NCBI RefSeq assembly: GCF_006345805.1
Contig: NC_043000.1
Location: 60,574,001-60,638,000 of the forward strand
Direction of reading: 5' to 3'
Source: Octopus sinensis
Taxonomy: Eukaryota
DNA length: 64,000 nucleotides
Shown here: one piece after another, positions 1 to 10,700 of the stretch
How the letters are laid out: each line of letters starts with the position of its first letter
Position numbering within the stretch: the stretch's first letter is position 1
Translations under genes and position numbers: made by a program
Notes under the pieces: model-generated
What the model was told of the DNA's origin: nothing
The model's database searches: none
The model's input: the letters and a program-made list of their open reading frames with translations, nothing else

Positions 1-351
1 TGGAGATAAACATTGGCCCTTAATCCACATAGGACTGATTTATTGGTCCACGATTTTTGTGCAATAAATAAGACCTCTTAGTGTGTGCATGCATGCATGT
101 GTACATATATATATCTGGGCAAGGACAAGTACAGCTGCTAATATGTGCATAATTCTTAGCACACTGGACAAAATGCTTAGTGGCATTTCATCTGTCTTTG
201 CATTGAGTTCAAAATCTGCTGAGGTTGACTCTGCCTTTCATTGTTTCAGGGTCAATAAAATAAATACCAGTTGACCACTGGGGTTGATCTAATCGACTTC
301 ACCTCTCCCCAGAAATTGCTGGACTTGTGTCAAAATCGGAAACCAATATAT

Positions 352-738
352 ACTCTTTTATTTGTTTCAGTCATTAAATTGTGGCCATGCTGGAGCACCG
401 CCTTTAGTCAAACAAATCGAACTGAGGAGTTATTCTTTGGAAGCCTAGTACTTATTCTATCGGTCACTTATGCCGAACCGCTAAGTTATGGGGACGTAAT
501 CACACCAGCATCGGTTGTCAAGCGATGTTGGGGGGACAAACACAGACACACATATATATAGATATACATATATACAACGGGCTTCTTTTCAGTTTCCGCC
601 TACCAAATCCACTCACAAGGCTTTGGTCGGCCCGAGGCTATAGTAGAAGACACTTGCCCAAGGTGCCACGCAGTGGAACTGAACCTGGAACCATGTGGTT
701 GGTAAGCAAGCTACTTACCACACAGCCACTCCTGCGCC
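352..738 (-). mobile_element. tRNA-derived SINE family A, full-length copy
   Basis: Head GGCGCAGGAGTGGCTGTGTGGTAAG..GGTTCAGTTCCACTG, central microsatellite, tail GGCGGTGCTCCAGCATGGCCAC..TGACTGAAAC. Closely similar copies at 1178-1570(+), 19169-19587(+), 20782-21165(+), 40463-40845(-). Confidence 0.92.
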
Positions 739-787
739 TATGCATAATTTTGCAACACGAGTAAAAAAGATAATTGCACACTTTTAC

Positions 788-1085
788 CTTTTGTAAATAT
801 ATATCCTCTTTCTTTTCTTATTTCTTCAGTGGCAGTAATTCGGACAGTTTGCACTCGATCTGTATATTTCTGCAAGAAGTAGTCTACATCAGTTTGTCTA
901 CGAGCATCACTAATAATCCAGATAGGTTTCTTACACTCAGTTCCATATTCTTCAGATGTAGCTAACTTGCAGAAATAACCTGGGTCAATGTTTCTCTTTT
1001 CCTCTCCAAATTTTATCATCTCAATTCGGTACTTCTCTTTATATTCTGAAGAATCATTCAATTTTTCATACAGTAGTTTGTTTTC
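788..1085 (-). CDS. PMVK: phosphomevalonate kinase, coding exon 3
   Basis: Acceptor ttttacatcctgcag ending at 1086, donor GTAAAAG at 787; 298 nt; encodes YRIEMIKFGEEKR..DPGYFC..PIWIISDARRQTDVDYF..VRITATEEIRKERGYIFTKG. Confidence 0.95.
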
Positions 1086-1177
1086 CTGCAGGATGTAAAA
1101 AAGAGAAATCAGTAATAATTATAAGATTATATAAATCAAATTTAAAAAATAATCAACTACATCTTTTATTTACAATA

Positions 1178-1570
1178 GGCGCAGGAGTGGCTGTGTGGTA
1201 AGTAGCTTGCTTACCAAACACATGGTTCTGGGTTCAGTCCCACTGCGTGGCACCTTGGGCAAGTGTCTTCTACTATAGCCTCGGGCCAACCAAAGCCTTG
1301 TGAGTGGATTTGGTAGACGGAAACTGAAAGAAGCTCGTCGTATATATGTATGTGTGTGTGAGCGTGTTTATGTGTTTGTCCCCCCCAACATTGCTTGACA
1401 ACCGATGCTGGTGTGTTTACGTCCCCATAACTTAGCGGTTCGACAAAGAGACCGAAAGAATAAGTACTAGGCTTACAAAAAATCAGTCCTGGGGTTGATT
1501 TGCTTGACTAAAGGCAGTGCTCCAGCATGGCCGCAGTCAAATGACTGAAACAAGTATAAGAGTAAAAATA
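1178..1570 (+). mobile_element. SINE family A, full-length copy (PMVK intron)
   Basis: Same head, body and tail as 352-738. Confidence 0.92.
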
Positions 1571-2071
1571 GAGTAAATACTGGAAAAGGTGTTTTCAATG
1601 AGTCAACAAAGTAACCTCTATGCACTCGTTCAAACTACTAGAAATAGTAATCAGATTACTCTAGAAATGTAGCTCTACATACGCAAAAATATAGCACTGT
1701 TTGACAAGATGTCTGCTCGAAGTGGAGCTAACCAAATGTTATTCAACAGAGTTATGTTCCTTGTCAACTGCATTTTACCACCTGAACTAGCTTTTTCAAT
1801 ATCTGTGCAAATATTTTTAAAACCTTAAGAAATTCTGATGGTTTGTGCCAATCTGCTTTATGTATGATAGAACTAAATCTTTCCACCCCTTGATTGGGTG
1901 CTAGTTCAAGCAAGTAACTTGGAAAGTTTGCCACTTATTTTCAACAACTAAGTGAAAAAGAATTAAGTCTACAATGATGTCAAAATATTTACTAGGGATC
2001 TGAACACAAGTCCTGTGGAATTGTAGTGCAAAAACTTATACATTTAGCCACTCTGCTGTTAACATAACGTA

Positions 2072-2300
2072 GCGAGCTGGCAGAGTCGTTAGTCTGACAG
2101 GGAAAATGCTTAGCGGCATTTGGTCCGTCTTTATATTCTGAGTTCATATTCCACCAAGGTTGACTTTGCCTTTCATTCTTTCGGGGTCAATAAAAAAAGT
2201 ACCGGATGAACACCGGGTGGGGGTGGGGTGGGGGTCGACGTAATCGATTTACCCCCATCTCCATACATTATTGGCATTGTGCCAAAATTTGAAACCAATT
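2072..2300 (+). mobile_element. tRNA-derived SINE family B
   Basis: GAGCTGGCAGAGTCGTTAG..CTGAGTTCAtATTCC..CTTTGCCTTTCATTCTTTCGGGGTCAATAAA..GTACC. Other copies near 110-330, 4820-5035, 13965-14180, 27540-27745, 30585-30773, 52030-52200(-). Confidence 0.85.
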
Positions 2301-2335
2301 ATACATTACATACAAACCTAACTACTTTGACTTAC

Positions 2336-2399
2336 TTTAGCATATTGAAACTTTATAGGACTTGACAAACGCATAATCCCACATCTCACAGCAGTTAAT
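2336..2399 (-). CDS. PMVK: phosphomevalonate kinase, coding exon 2
   Basis: tgtcttttcag / A TTA ACT GCT...CAA TAT GCT AAA / gtaagtc; 64 nt; encodes (K)LTAVRCGIMRLSSPIKFQYAK, in phase with exons 1 and 3. Confidence 0.92.
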
Positions 2400-2699
2400 C
2401 TGAAAAGACAAAATGACTTTAACTTATCAACAATATCACTTATAAAGATGCTTAAACATTTTTTAAAACATAAGTATGGTTACTCAGAGGTTAAAGGAAC
2501 TAGAGTCTTGATTACTTATTTTTCAATTCAAATCTTATTACAAGCAGTATTAGAAATGTTTCTTTTCAATGGCTTCTTCAGAGAAAGAAGGGTTACAACC
2601 ATGATCTTTTACTGGGCCTCTGAAACTGATGTGAAGAAAATGCTTGTCATCACATTTTTAATTACTTTATTAGGTGCTGAGATCCTAAAACCAAGGTTC

Positions 2700-3005
2700 C
2701 ATGTGAAAAGCACTGGTACGGGTGCTGGGTGTTACATAAAAAGCACTGGTGCTGGTGCAAATAAAATGCATTGGTGATGGTGCCACATAAAAAGCACTGG
2801 TGCTATTGCCACATAAAAAGTACTGGTGATGGTGCCATGTAAAAAGCACCCAGAGCACTCTGTGGAGTGATTGCCATTAGGAAGGACATCCTACTGTAGA
2901 ATACAAGTCAAAACTGACCATGGAACCTGGTGCAGCTCCTGGCCTTGCCAGTTCCTGTCAAGCCATGCCAGTATGGAAAATGGATGCTAAATGTTGATGA
3001 TGATC
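2700..3005 (+). mobile_element. family C RTE-tail-like non-autonomous element with about 26-bp minisatellite
   Basis: Tandem TAAAAAGCACTGGTGaTGGTGCCACA units at about 2704-2850, then AGGAAGGACATCC..GCCATGCCAGTATGGAAA..(GAT)n tail. Confidence 0.75.
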
Positions 3006-3359
3006 TCATTGATATTGCACTTAATCTTGTTTTAAGCTTATTGACATTGCATTAAGCTCAATGACTGCCAAAATATACATGCTGTTACGTTAATTCCTAT
3101 GGTTCCATGTGGAGCATAGGGCACCAACAAGAGATCTCCATCTATTTTGATTATTGGCAATGGATTGCAGTTGTCCCTAAGTGTCGCTGTCTGCAAGTGC
3201 TTTAGTTTCTGTGGACCTTCTTAATATTGTTTCTGTCTTCCATGCTTTCATCTTCTTTGAACTGTCTATTGGAGAGTTTCCATAGGGTGTGTCCTAGCCA
3301 ACCCTCCTCATGACCTGAAATTCAATAAGTTGCTGGCTTGCCTTCTCCCTCAAGGCTTT

Positions 3360-4140
3360 GTTTGTCAGGCAGTCTTGCTATCGCTTAAAGTGAATAATAC
3401 CTGTGGAAGAAGGAGACCCAGGAAGACATGAGATGAAGTGAGGACTGATCTCAGAATGTTGGACCTAACAGAAGAGATGACAATGGACCACGATGTCTGG
3501 CAATATGAGGTTCTTGAGAAGACCCGCCCACTTCAATGAAACTGAGTTCTGGAATTACTGTGTTCTACCAACATGACTAAAATATTTTCTCACACACCTT
3601 ACCCCAATAAGCCAAACTACATCTCTTCCTCATAATTCCTCTTTTTCGTGCACTATGCTTATCCCTTCCTCCCCACTCCTGCAGCCCAATCCTGTCCTCA
3701 CTGCCCTGCTTACTAAATCACTGCTATCCTGTTGTGCCCTGCTCCTCACCAGTCACTGCATTTTCCCCCGACCACCTCTTTGCATTCATGTGAACTCCCT
3801 ATTCATGCACCCTTGGCAATATTCTACTATCCCATTCATATTCTCATCCTTGTCTCTTGAGAGTATGCCCTGGCACATTGCCACCATCCCTCTCTTGCAC
3901 TCTCACACTCTCCCATTCTTGATCACTCTCTCTTTCTCTCCCTCTGACTAACCATGTATCTCCTCTACAGCAAGACACCTATTTCTGTCACTGCTACACT
4001 GTAACATCTTATCTTCTGGTACAAAGCCCACTCCTCCAATTCCCCCGTCCTGCAAGTTACTCGGTAATCCCGCCAGTGTTAGTGCCATGTAAAAAGCATC
4101 CAGTCTACACTGTAAGGTGGTCAGCATTTAGAAGGGCATC
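3360..4140 (+). mobile_element. RTE LINE 3' end relic (ORF end plus 3' UTR)
   Basis: TCGRRRPRKT*DEV..DLRMLDLTEEMTMDHDVW resembles the RTE ORF C-terminus; a related UTR occurs inverted near 14990-15220. Confidence 0.6.
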
Positions 4141-4299
4141 CAGTTATAACAGTATTTAATTCCAGACCAGTTTTGTTAATTCTATCATACCTCATCAAAT
4201 TTGCCCTCCATCCATTCATGGATTGAATTATCAAATACCAAGCAGGTATACCAAGAATTTTGTGATTTAGTACCAATATTAAATATTATTCAGTTCTTT

Positions 4300-4810
4300 A
4301 TTTAAGAGATGAGGAATTATGTACACTATTTACAATTGACAGATATTTGTCCTCATCTTTCTTGTTGTTAACACAACGTTTTGGCTGATATACCTTCCAG
4401 CCTTCATCAAGTGTCTTGGGGAAATTTCGAAACTGGGTTCTCATTCCTAAGGTATTTTTCGATGTTGTGGTTGTTGTTGTTATTGTTATTATTATTATTA
4501 TTATTATTATTCATGTCACTGCCATGAATCGAAGTCGGAATCTTGGGGTGAGTAGCCGCGCTCTTAACCACTATGCCATATGCGAGTTCGATTCCAGGCA
4601 GTGGCCTGAATAATAATAATAACAACAACAACAACAACAACAATAATAATAATAATAACAATAACAACATCGAAAAATACCTTAGGAATGAGAACCCAGT
4701 TACGAAATTTCCCCAAGACACTTGATGAAGGCTGGAGGGTATATCAGCCGAAATGTTGTGTTGACAACAAGAAAGATGAGGATAAATATCCGTCAATTAT
4801 AAATAATGTA
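4300..4810. mobile_element. inverted pair of a tRNA-headed element carrying a Penelope-type hammerhead-like tail
   Basis: Minus copy 4584->4300 with A box TGGCATAGTGG (4578-4568), B box (4536-4526), (AAT/AAC)n and tail. Plus copy starts at B box 4584. Third partial copy near 50240-50380(-). Confidence 0.75.
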
Positions 4811-5637
4811 AATTAGATATTATCAAGCTGTCAGAAACATTAGCAAGCCAGGCAAAAATGTTTAGTGACATTTCGTCATCTTTAGGATCTGAGTTCAAAT
4901 TCCACCGAGATCTATTTAGCCTTTCATTCTTTCTTTGTCATAAAATAATGCAACAGTTAAGCACTGAGGACGATGTAATCAACTTAACCCATCCCCCAAA
5001 ATTGCAAGCCTTGTGCCAATGTTAGATATCAATACAAGTCTAAATTGCTTGATTGCTTTCAACTAGTATATAAACTCTCAGGGTAATTGATTCACTCCTT
5101 GAAGAAATAGCCACTCCCTCTTCATGAATCTGTGTCATATCACAGGCAATATGGTGACTAGGACACATCGAACTCAGTATTTTGTAGCAGACGGATTTGA
5201 GTAATAAAAATAGCTTTGTGAACGTCTGCTAGAGCTTCGCCTCCTCTAAAACAAAATCAAAACAAACATCTGTTTAGAATGATAAACGTCTAATGCAAGG
5301 GTTGGTTCTCAACTTGTAAGCTCAACATTTGACAAAATGAAAAAAAAAAAAAGAAACTAGCACAATTACGAAATTGCAATATTTTAGCTGATTTCTGTGT
5401 CTCTGGGGTGACACACTTCATTTTGTTTCTGTTACACATACTAAAACTTATGCCGTAACTCTCAGAAAGAAAAGCATACCAAGTAATGAACATCATAAAG
5501 AAAATATCTCATTCCTCCAAAATCATTTGAATTAAAGTCGCTGTTAGCATATCAAAACCCTATGTTGGCTGATTGATATATATTGCTCAACATATATTTT
5601 GCTATTAGATCAATAACATAATTTATTAAAGACTTAC

Positions 5638-5717
5638 TTCTGAACCATCAAGTTAGCGACATAGTCCTTTCCCGATTTTCTTTTCCCACTTAATATAAAT
5701 ATTATTTCGGGACACAT
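5638..5717 (-). CDS. PMVK: phosphomevalonate kinase, coding exon 1 (P-loop)
   Basis: ATG at 5717, MCPEIIFILSGKRKSGKDYVANLMVQ plus AA, then donor gtaagtc; P-loop SGKRKSGKD is typical of animal PMVK. Confidence 0.95.
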
Positions 5718-6860
5718 GCTCGAGCTTTGTAAAGCGGTGATAAACATTTTTACTACCTTAAAAATTATGAGCAATGTTTACTAATTAAAATTAATATAAT
5801 ATTTGTATTTATGGAAAATCTTGCAAAATTGGCCTTGAATATAAAATACACAGATTAATATCTGTTTATTACTTTGAGTATTTTCATCTAGTAATATTTA
5901 TAATTATAGAAAATGAATTTGATTCATGGAAAAATTACGCTAGAGAACTATTTTTGATGCGTGTCCGTCCCACACGTGTGTACGATGTAACAGTTTACGA
6001 AGTCTGCTGTGATTGATTTTAATAACTACAATGAATCATGTAAGAAAACTCGAAAATTTTCATGCTTACTCGAAAAACACCGTATTTATAATTATATAAC
6101 TGTATATAATTCTGTTTTAACTAAATGTAAAGTGGAGCTTCACTACACTTTTCATTATGCTGCTAAATCCTTTCCTCTATAAATTTTTCGTCATGTAGTT
6201 AATAATTTCTATGTAATTTGGCGAATGAATTACCCAAAACAGCTCGATTTAAAATATTTAATTAACTCAATGGTTCTCTCATAAAACTAACATAAATCCA
6301 GAAAGTTAGATTAGATTCCTGTTTTATATTTTTGTTTTTGTGTTTTACATGTAAGGTCTAGTGAAAGAAGTAGTGCCCATGGCTTTCACAGGTCATCTGA
6401 GACTGGTGAAATACCGTTAATGTTTAACGGCTGCAAGAAAGACATAAGGAGGAGAATTTCAGGAGGTCGTTATTCTCAAAAGGAACGATACTGGTTAGTG
6501 TGGTGTCTGAGGTGGAAGATGTTGATACAACATAGGTGATGAGAAGAGGGGAGATGAGGGAGTCGAAAGTGCTCTATAAGAGCTCCGATGAGTTGGGGCC
6601 TTAAAAAAGAAAAAAGGCAGAAAGTGGGGATAGCACATTTGTTGGTCATTTGACTGGAGCTTGTCTGTGAGTAACTTTAGGCCAATCAGTCGCATAACGT
6701 TTTACTAGTTGCGGGTCTCGGACGTCCCTATGCAGCGGCCGCACCGGCCTGAATCTACCACTTTCCTTTTACGATCTCGCGAACTTACCCACCGACTATG
6801 CAGTTCGTCTCATTTGAGCTTGGTAAAAGATTTATAGTTGTTGGGAGTTCAGGTATTTCC
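5718..6860. promoter_or_regulatory. divergent promoter region between PMVK and TRMT1; probable non-coding TRMT1 exon 1 near 6710-6852
   Basis: Lies between the two divergent starts. CpG-rich patches near 5950-6000 and 6700-6800, GGCCAATCAG CCAAT box near 6680-6689, TCTCGCGA at about 6775-6782, candidate donors at 6823 and 6853. TSS positions are inferred. Confidence 0.6.
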
Positions 6861-7846
6861 TAACTCTGAACAGAAGAAAAAAAACATCTTGAATTCATCC
6901 CGTGCAATGTTAAGATGCCCATTCGTCATGAGAGGGATCTCCAATGATAGTCAGACCTAAAGTTTGGAGCGATCACATAAGCTCGAGTTGCGTGTTACTC
7001 TTATTTAAAAGTGACGAGGTGTAAGGATGTTTTCTTGATATCTGTGGGTGTTGAATGGAAGCATGTTGAATACAACTTCTATGGGGAGAGAAATTGATTG
7101 ATAGTATAACTTGTTTCCGGATAGAAATTGAAAATATTCTATTTTTTATTCTTTTCTATTACTTGTTTCAGTCATTTGAATGCAGCCATGCTGGATGCAC
7201 CGCCTTGAAAGGTTTTAGTCAAACAAATCGACCCTAGGACTTATTCCTTAAGCCCTGTACTTGTTCTATCTGTCTCTTTTGCCGAACCGATGGCTCACTG
7301 GGACGTAAACACACCAGCACTGGTTGTCAAACGGTGATGTCTCCTCATTATGTGTTGTTTTGTTATATTTTATCTGATAAATGCTCCTGAAACATCTCTG
7401 CTCTTGACAGCTCGATTTAAAATATTTAATTAACTCAATGGTTCTCTCATAAAACTAACATAAATCCAGACTGTAAGCTTAACTACAATTGTTCTAATAT
7501 CATGTAATAAAGTACTATGCATAAAAGAGCCTCCATGTCGTTGCACAACCTGTTAGAAATAGCAGCCAAATTTCCCTCACACTATACTTTACCTTCTAAG
7601 AGGAAAAAAAGGGGATGCATTGAATTTAGATGCACTATATCAAAGAAAAAAAGGAATGGTTATAGCTGGAACACCTTTGATCATACATTTGCTCAGTCGG
7701 AGCTAACCTGGGGCTAGGCAACACCAGTAATGTACTGGGCATTCAGCATAACCTTGCTTTGTTTCTTCTTTATTTTTAACTTTCTATTTTGTTAAAAATA
7801 ATAATTAATATCAAAATTTTTTTTTTTCTCTTTTGCAGGTAGGTAA

Positions 7847-9291
7847 ATGCATTTCAGAAGAATATTACAGTGCTTAAACTATAAACAGTCTTCTTTTAGA
7901 AACTTCCTTCTTGTATGCCAAAAGCGCAAAATGTGTGATAGTACTGAAAATATACAAACTGCAGATGTTTCCAAACTTCCTTTGCAAGATGTTTCCACTA
8001 TTCGGGAAGGCAAAGCTGAAGTTTATTTACCCAAATCTGTGTTCTACAATCCGGTGCAAGAATTTAATCGAGATTTAACTGTTGTTATTATTTCGGAATT
8101 TACCAAAAATTTCATCAACGACCCTTCTCACTTGAAGCGGATTGTGGCATTGGAAGAGAACAGTGACAACAACAATTGTAACAAAAATGATACAGTTCAC
8201 GATAAAAGTATTCTAATTAATGAAAGCTTATCTACATCCACAAAACAGATAAAGTCACCTTCTGTTTGTTGTGACAATGATAAAGTTATTGATAAGGAAG
8301 AAACTCAAACAGTGGAGCAACCTCTTGAAGCTGGAAAAGTCTATGCTAATGGGGTGCGTATTTTAGAAGGACTTGCTGCTTCTGGACTGCGATCTGTTCG
8401 ATTTAGCCTTGAAGTTCCAGGTGTGAAGGAAATCATTGCAAATGATTTTGATGAGAATGCAGTTGACTTTATAAAAATGAACATTGAGAAGAATGGTGTT
8501 AGTAACCTCATGAGAGCCAATTGTGGAGATGCATCGATGTTTATGTATGAAAACCGTGAATATAAACAAGGCTTTGATGTTATTGATCTTGATCCATATG
8601 GTAGCCCTGCACGATTTTTAGATGGTGCAGTACAAGCTGTATCTGCAGGTGGCCTTTTATGTGTGACCTGTACTGATACAGCTGTTTTATGTGGGAATGC
8701 TGGTGAGACCTGTTTCTCAAAGTACCGAGCAATGTCTCTACGTAGTGAGTATTGCCATGAGATGGCTCTGCGGATTATACTTCAGGCTATTGAGACACAT
8801 GCTAATTGTTATTCTCGCTATATTGAACCACTTGTTTCTATTAGTGCCGATTTTTATGTACGTGTTTTTGTGCGAGTTTTTAAGGGCCAGGGAAAAGTGA
8901 AGCAGTCGGTAAGTAAATTGGCTATGGTTTACCACTGTGTTGGCTGTGGAACATTTAGTCTTCAGCGATTAGGTGAGAAAATACCCACGAAAGGTAACAA
9001 CTTCAAATACACTCCTGCACAAGGCCCACCTGTTGGGCAGACTTGTTTGCATTGTGGACATAAGCATAATGTTGGTGGTCCTATTTGGGCTGAGTCAATA
9101 CATAATAAAGACTTCCTAAAACAAGTTCTCTCTGCAGTTGAAGCAAACAACTATCATGTAAATACTAAAGAACGCATTATGGGAATGCTTTCAGTTGCAT
9201 GTGAAGAACTGTCCGATGTTCCACTATATTATGTTGGAGATGGTTTATGTGATAAATTACACTGTGTTGCTCCCAGTCTCATGCAGTTTAG
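7847..9291 (+). CDS. TRMT1: tRNA (guanine26-N2)-dimethyltransferase, coding exon 1 (methyltransferase domain)
   Basis: Trm1 motifs VFYNPVQEFNRDL, LEGLAASGLRSVRF, IANDFD, FDVIDLDPYGSP, GGLLCVTCTD, CHEMALRI, SADFYVRVFVRV, CxxC...CxxC, GGPIW. Acceptor ttttgcag at 7838, donor gtgagt at 9292. Confidence 0.97.
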
Positions 9292-9374
9292 GTGAGTTTT
9301 AAGTCTTTTTCATATATTTTTAATTACTTCAAAGTTAAAATCTAAATAATATAATTAAAGAGTAAGTTTTTTAA

Positions 9375-9583
9375 CCCTTTCTTTACCAACCTGCCTGAGA
9401 CTACCCCTGGTTCTAGGATACAAACATCCTGTTTTAAAATGATCTAAATTAAAATCTTCCATCAAAATTTCATTCTAATTTAAGATTCAAGCATCAACTT
9501 AATAATGACTAAATTCTTAATTATTTTAAAAATTAATTGAAACAAAGGGAGTATATTTTAGCAGAAATATGGTAATGAAAGGG
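9375..9583. mobile_element. piggyBac-type MITE (TRMT1 intron)
   Basis: TTAA|CCCTTTCTTTACC ... GGTAATGAAAGGG|TTAA; 13-bp TIR with 1 mismatch; TTAA TSD at 9371-9374 and 9584-9587. Confidence 0.85.
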
Positions 9584-9699
9584 TTAATTTGAAGTTTCGC
9601 TGAAAATTTCTTCCCAAGATTTACCATTGTAGGTGTTGAAACCATAAGCAATATATAACTACATTTTCAAATGAATATTAAGGAATCATTATTATTATT

Positions 9700-9928
9700 C
9701 AATCTAAATGGGGTTCATGTAGGATTTTGTTGGTAAAATTTATGTGCAATAATTGGTTATCACTTTATAATACACAAAACAATTTAACAATTTTTTAATG
9801 CAATTTCTTATAATATTTAATTCTACAAATATAATCGAATATTTTAAGCGTCAAATGAATATATGGGACCATCTGAGTAAAATAGGAACGAAAGGGGTCC
9901 ATAGGTAAAAGATGTTTGAGAAACACTG
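9700..9928. mobile_element. hAT-type MITE remnant
   Basis: Ends GGGGTCCATAGGTAAAAGATGTTTGAGAAACACTG, resembling the reverse of a CAGTGtTTCTCAA hAT terminus; left end decayed. Confidence 0.5.
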
Positions 9929-10362
9929 TTCTAGATAAATTCATGTATAAAAGATTAAAGGAATAGTCCTGACGTTTCCTTATATTTTCAGATTAGAAAT
10001 TCATTTAGATGTGTTGTTAGATTAAAGAAGTATATAAGGTTGCCATTGCTGATGTGATAGTTTATATAAGTTCAGATCAACACCTGTGTAGCTGTCAATG
10101 TCATTAACAAAGTGTATTGAAATTAGTGTATTCTTATTACCAATAGAAATCAGTAGTGCACTGTTTTAGAAGTTTATAAGTGTAGAGTATGTTATACACT
10201 TTCAGCTTAAATTTGTGTATTCCAACTCATTTGTTACTCAGACTACATTTTAACCTCTGCATCTGTTTATCTGGCTTAGATGGAATAAGTTACTACGGTG
10301 AAAGACGGAGAGGTCTGAAACATCAGACTTCTTTTTATGACCAACTGATATATTCCTTTTTA

Positions 10363-10700
10363 TCATCATCATCGTTTAACGTCCGTTTTCCATGCTAGCA
10401 TGGGTTGGATGGTTTGACTGGGGTCTGGGAGGCCTGGAGGCTGCACCAGGCTCCAGTCTGATCTGGCAGAGTTTCTACAGCTGGATGCCCTTTCTGACGC
10501 CAACCACTCCGTAAGTTTAGTGGGTGGTTTTTACGTGCCACTGGCACAGGGGCCAGGGGAGGCTGGCAAACAGCCATGATCAGTTGGTGCTTTTACGTGT
10601 CACCAACACGGAAGCCAGTCAGGCAGCGCTGGCATCTGCCACATTCGGATGGTGCTTTCTACGTGTCACCGGCACAGGTATCTTAACTACAATTTCCATT
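10363..10700 (-). mobile_element. family C element ((GAT)n tail, about 56-bp internal modules)
   Basis: (CAT)n-CGTTTAACGTCCG..CCATGCTAGCATGGGTTGGA..CTACAGCTGGATGCCC. Similar copies at 16128-16500, 17985-18400, 31998-32125, 32448-32870, 33370-33560, 38435-38620 (all -) and 46760-47040 (+). Confidence 0.85.

Larger units (their letters stand above)
788..5717 (-). other. PMVK: PMVK gene span in window (3 coding exons; terminal exon outside window)
   Basis: Spliced translation MCPEIIFILSGKRKSGKDYVANLMVQK|LTAVRCGIMRLSSPIKFQYAK|ENKLLYEKLNDSSEYKEKYRIEMIKFGEEKRNIDPGYFC...IWIISDARR...RGYIFTKG. All introns GT-AG with matching phases (2,0,1). Matches the animal PMVK pattern SGKRKSGKD / RLSxPxKxQYA / GEEKR / SDxRR. 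Confidence 0.95.

Noticed and set aside
83-764. ORFs 83-274, 271-561 and 525-764 (and similar ORFs at 19116, 38598, 40055, 40562)
   Set aside because: Chance translations of SINE families A and B; the same peptides recur wherever the SINEs do.
1-787. Terminal PMVK exon (expected DDxESECGLD-like)
   Set aside because: No such frame found on the minus strand; the region is mostly two SINEs, so the exon is presumably left of the window.
2448-2777. 109-aa hydrophobic ORF in a PMVK intron
   Set aside because: No recognisable motif, runs into a minisatellite, antisense intronic.
4511-4584. tRNA gene (also 28175, 33160, 61480-61543)
   Set aside because: A and B boxes present but no complete cloverleaf or oligo-T terminator; these are SINE heads.
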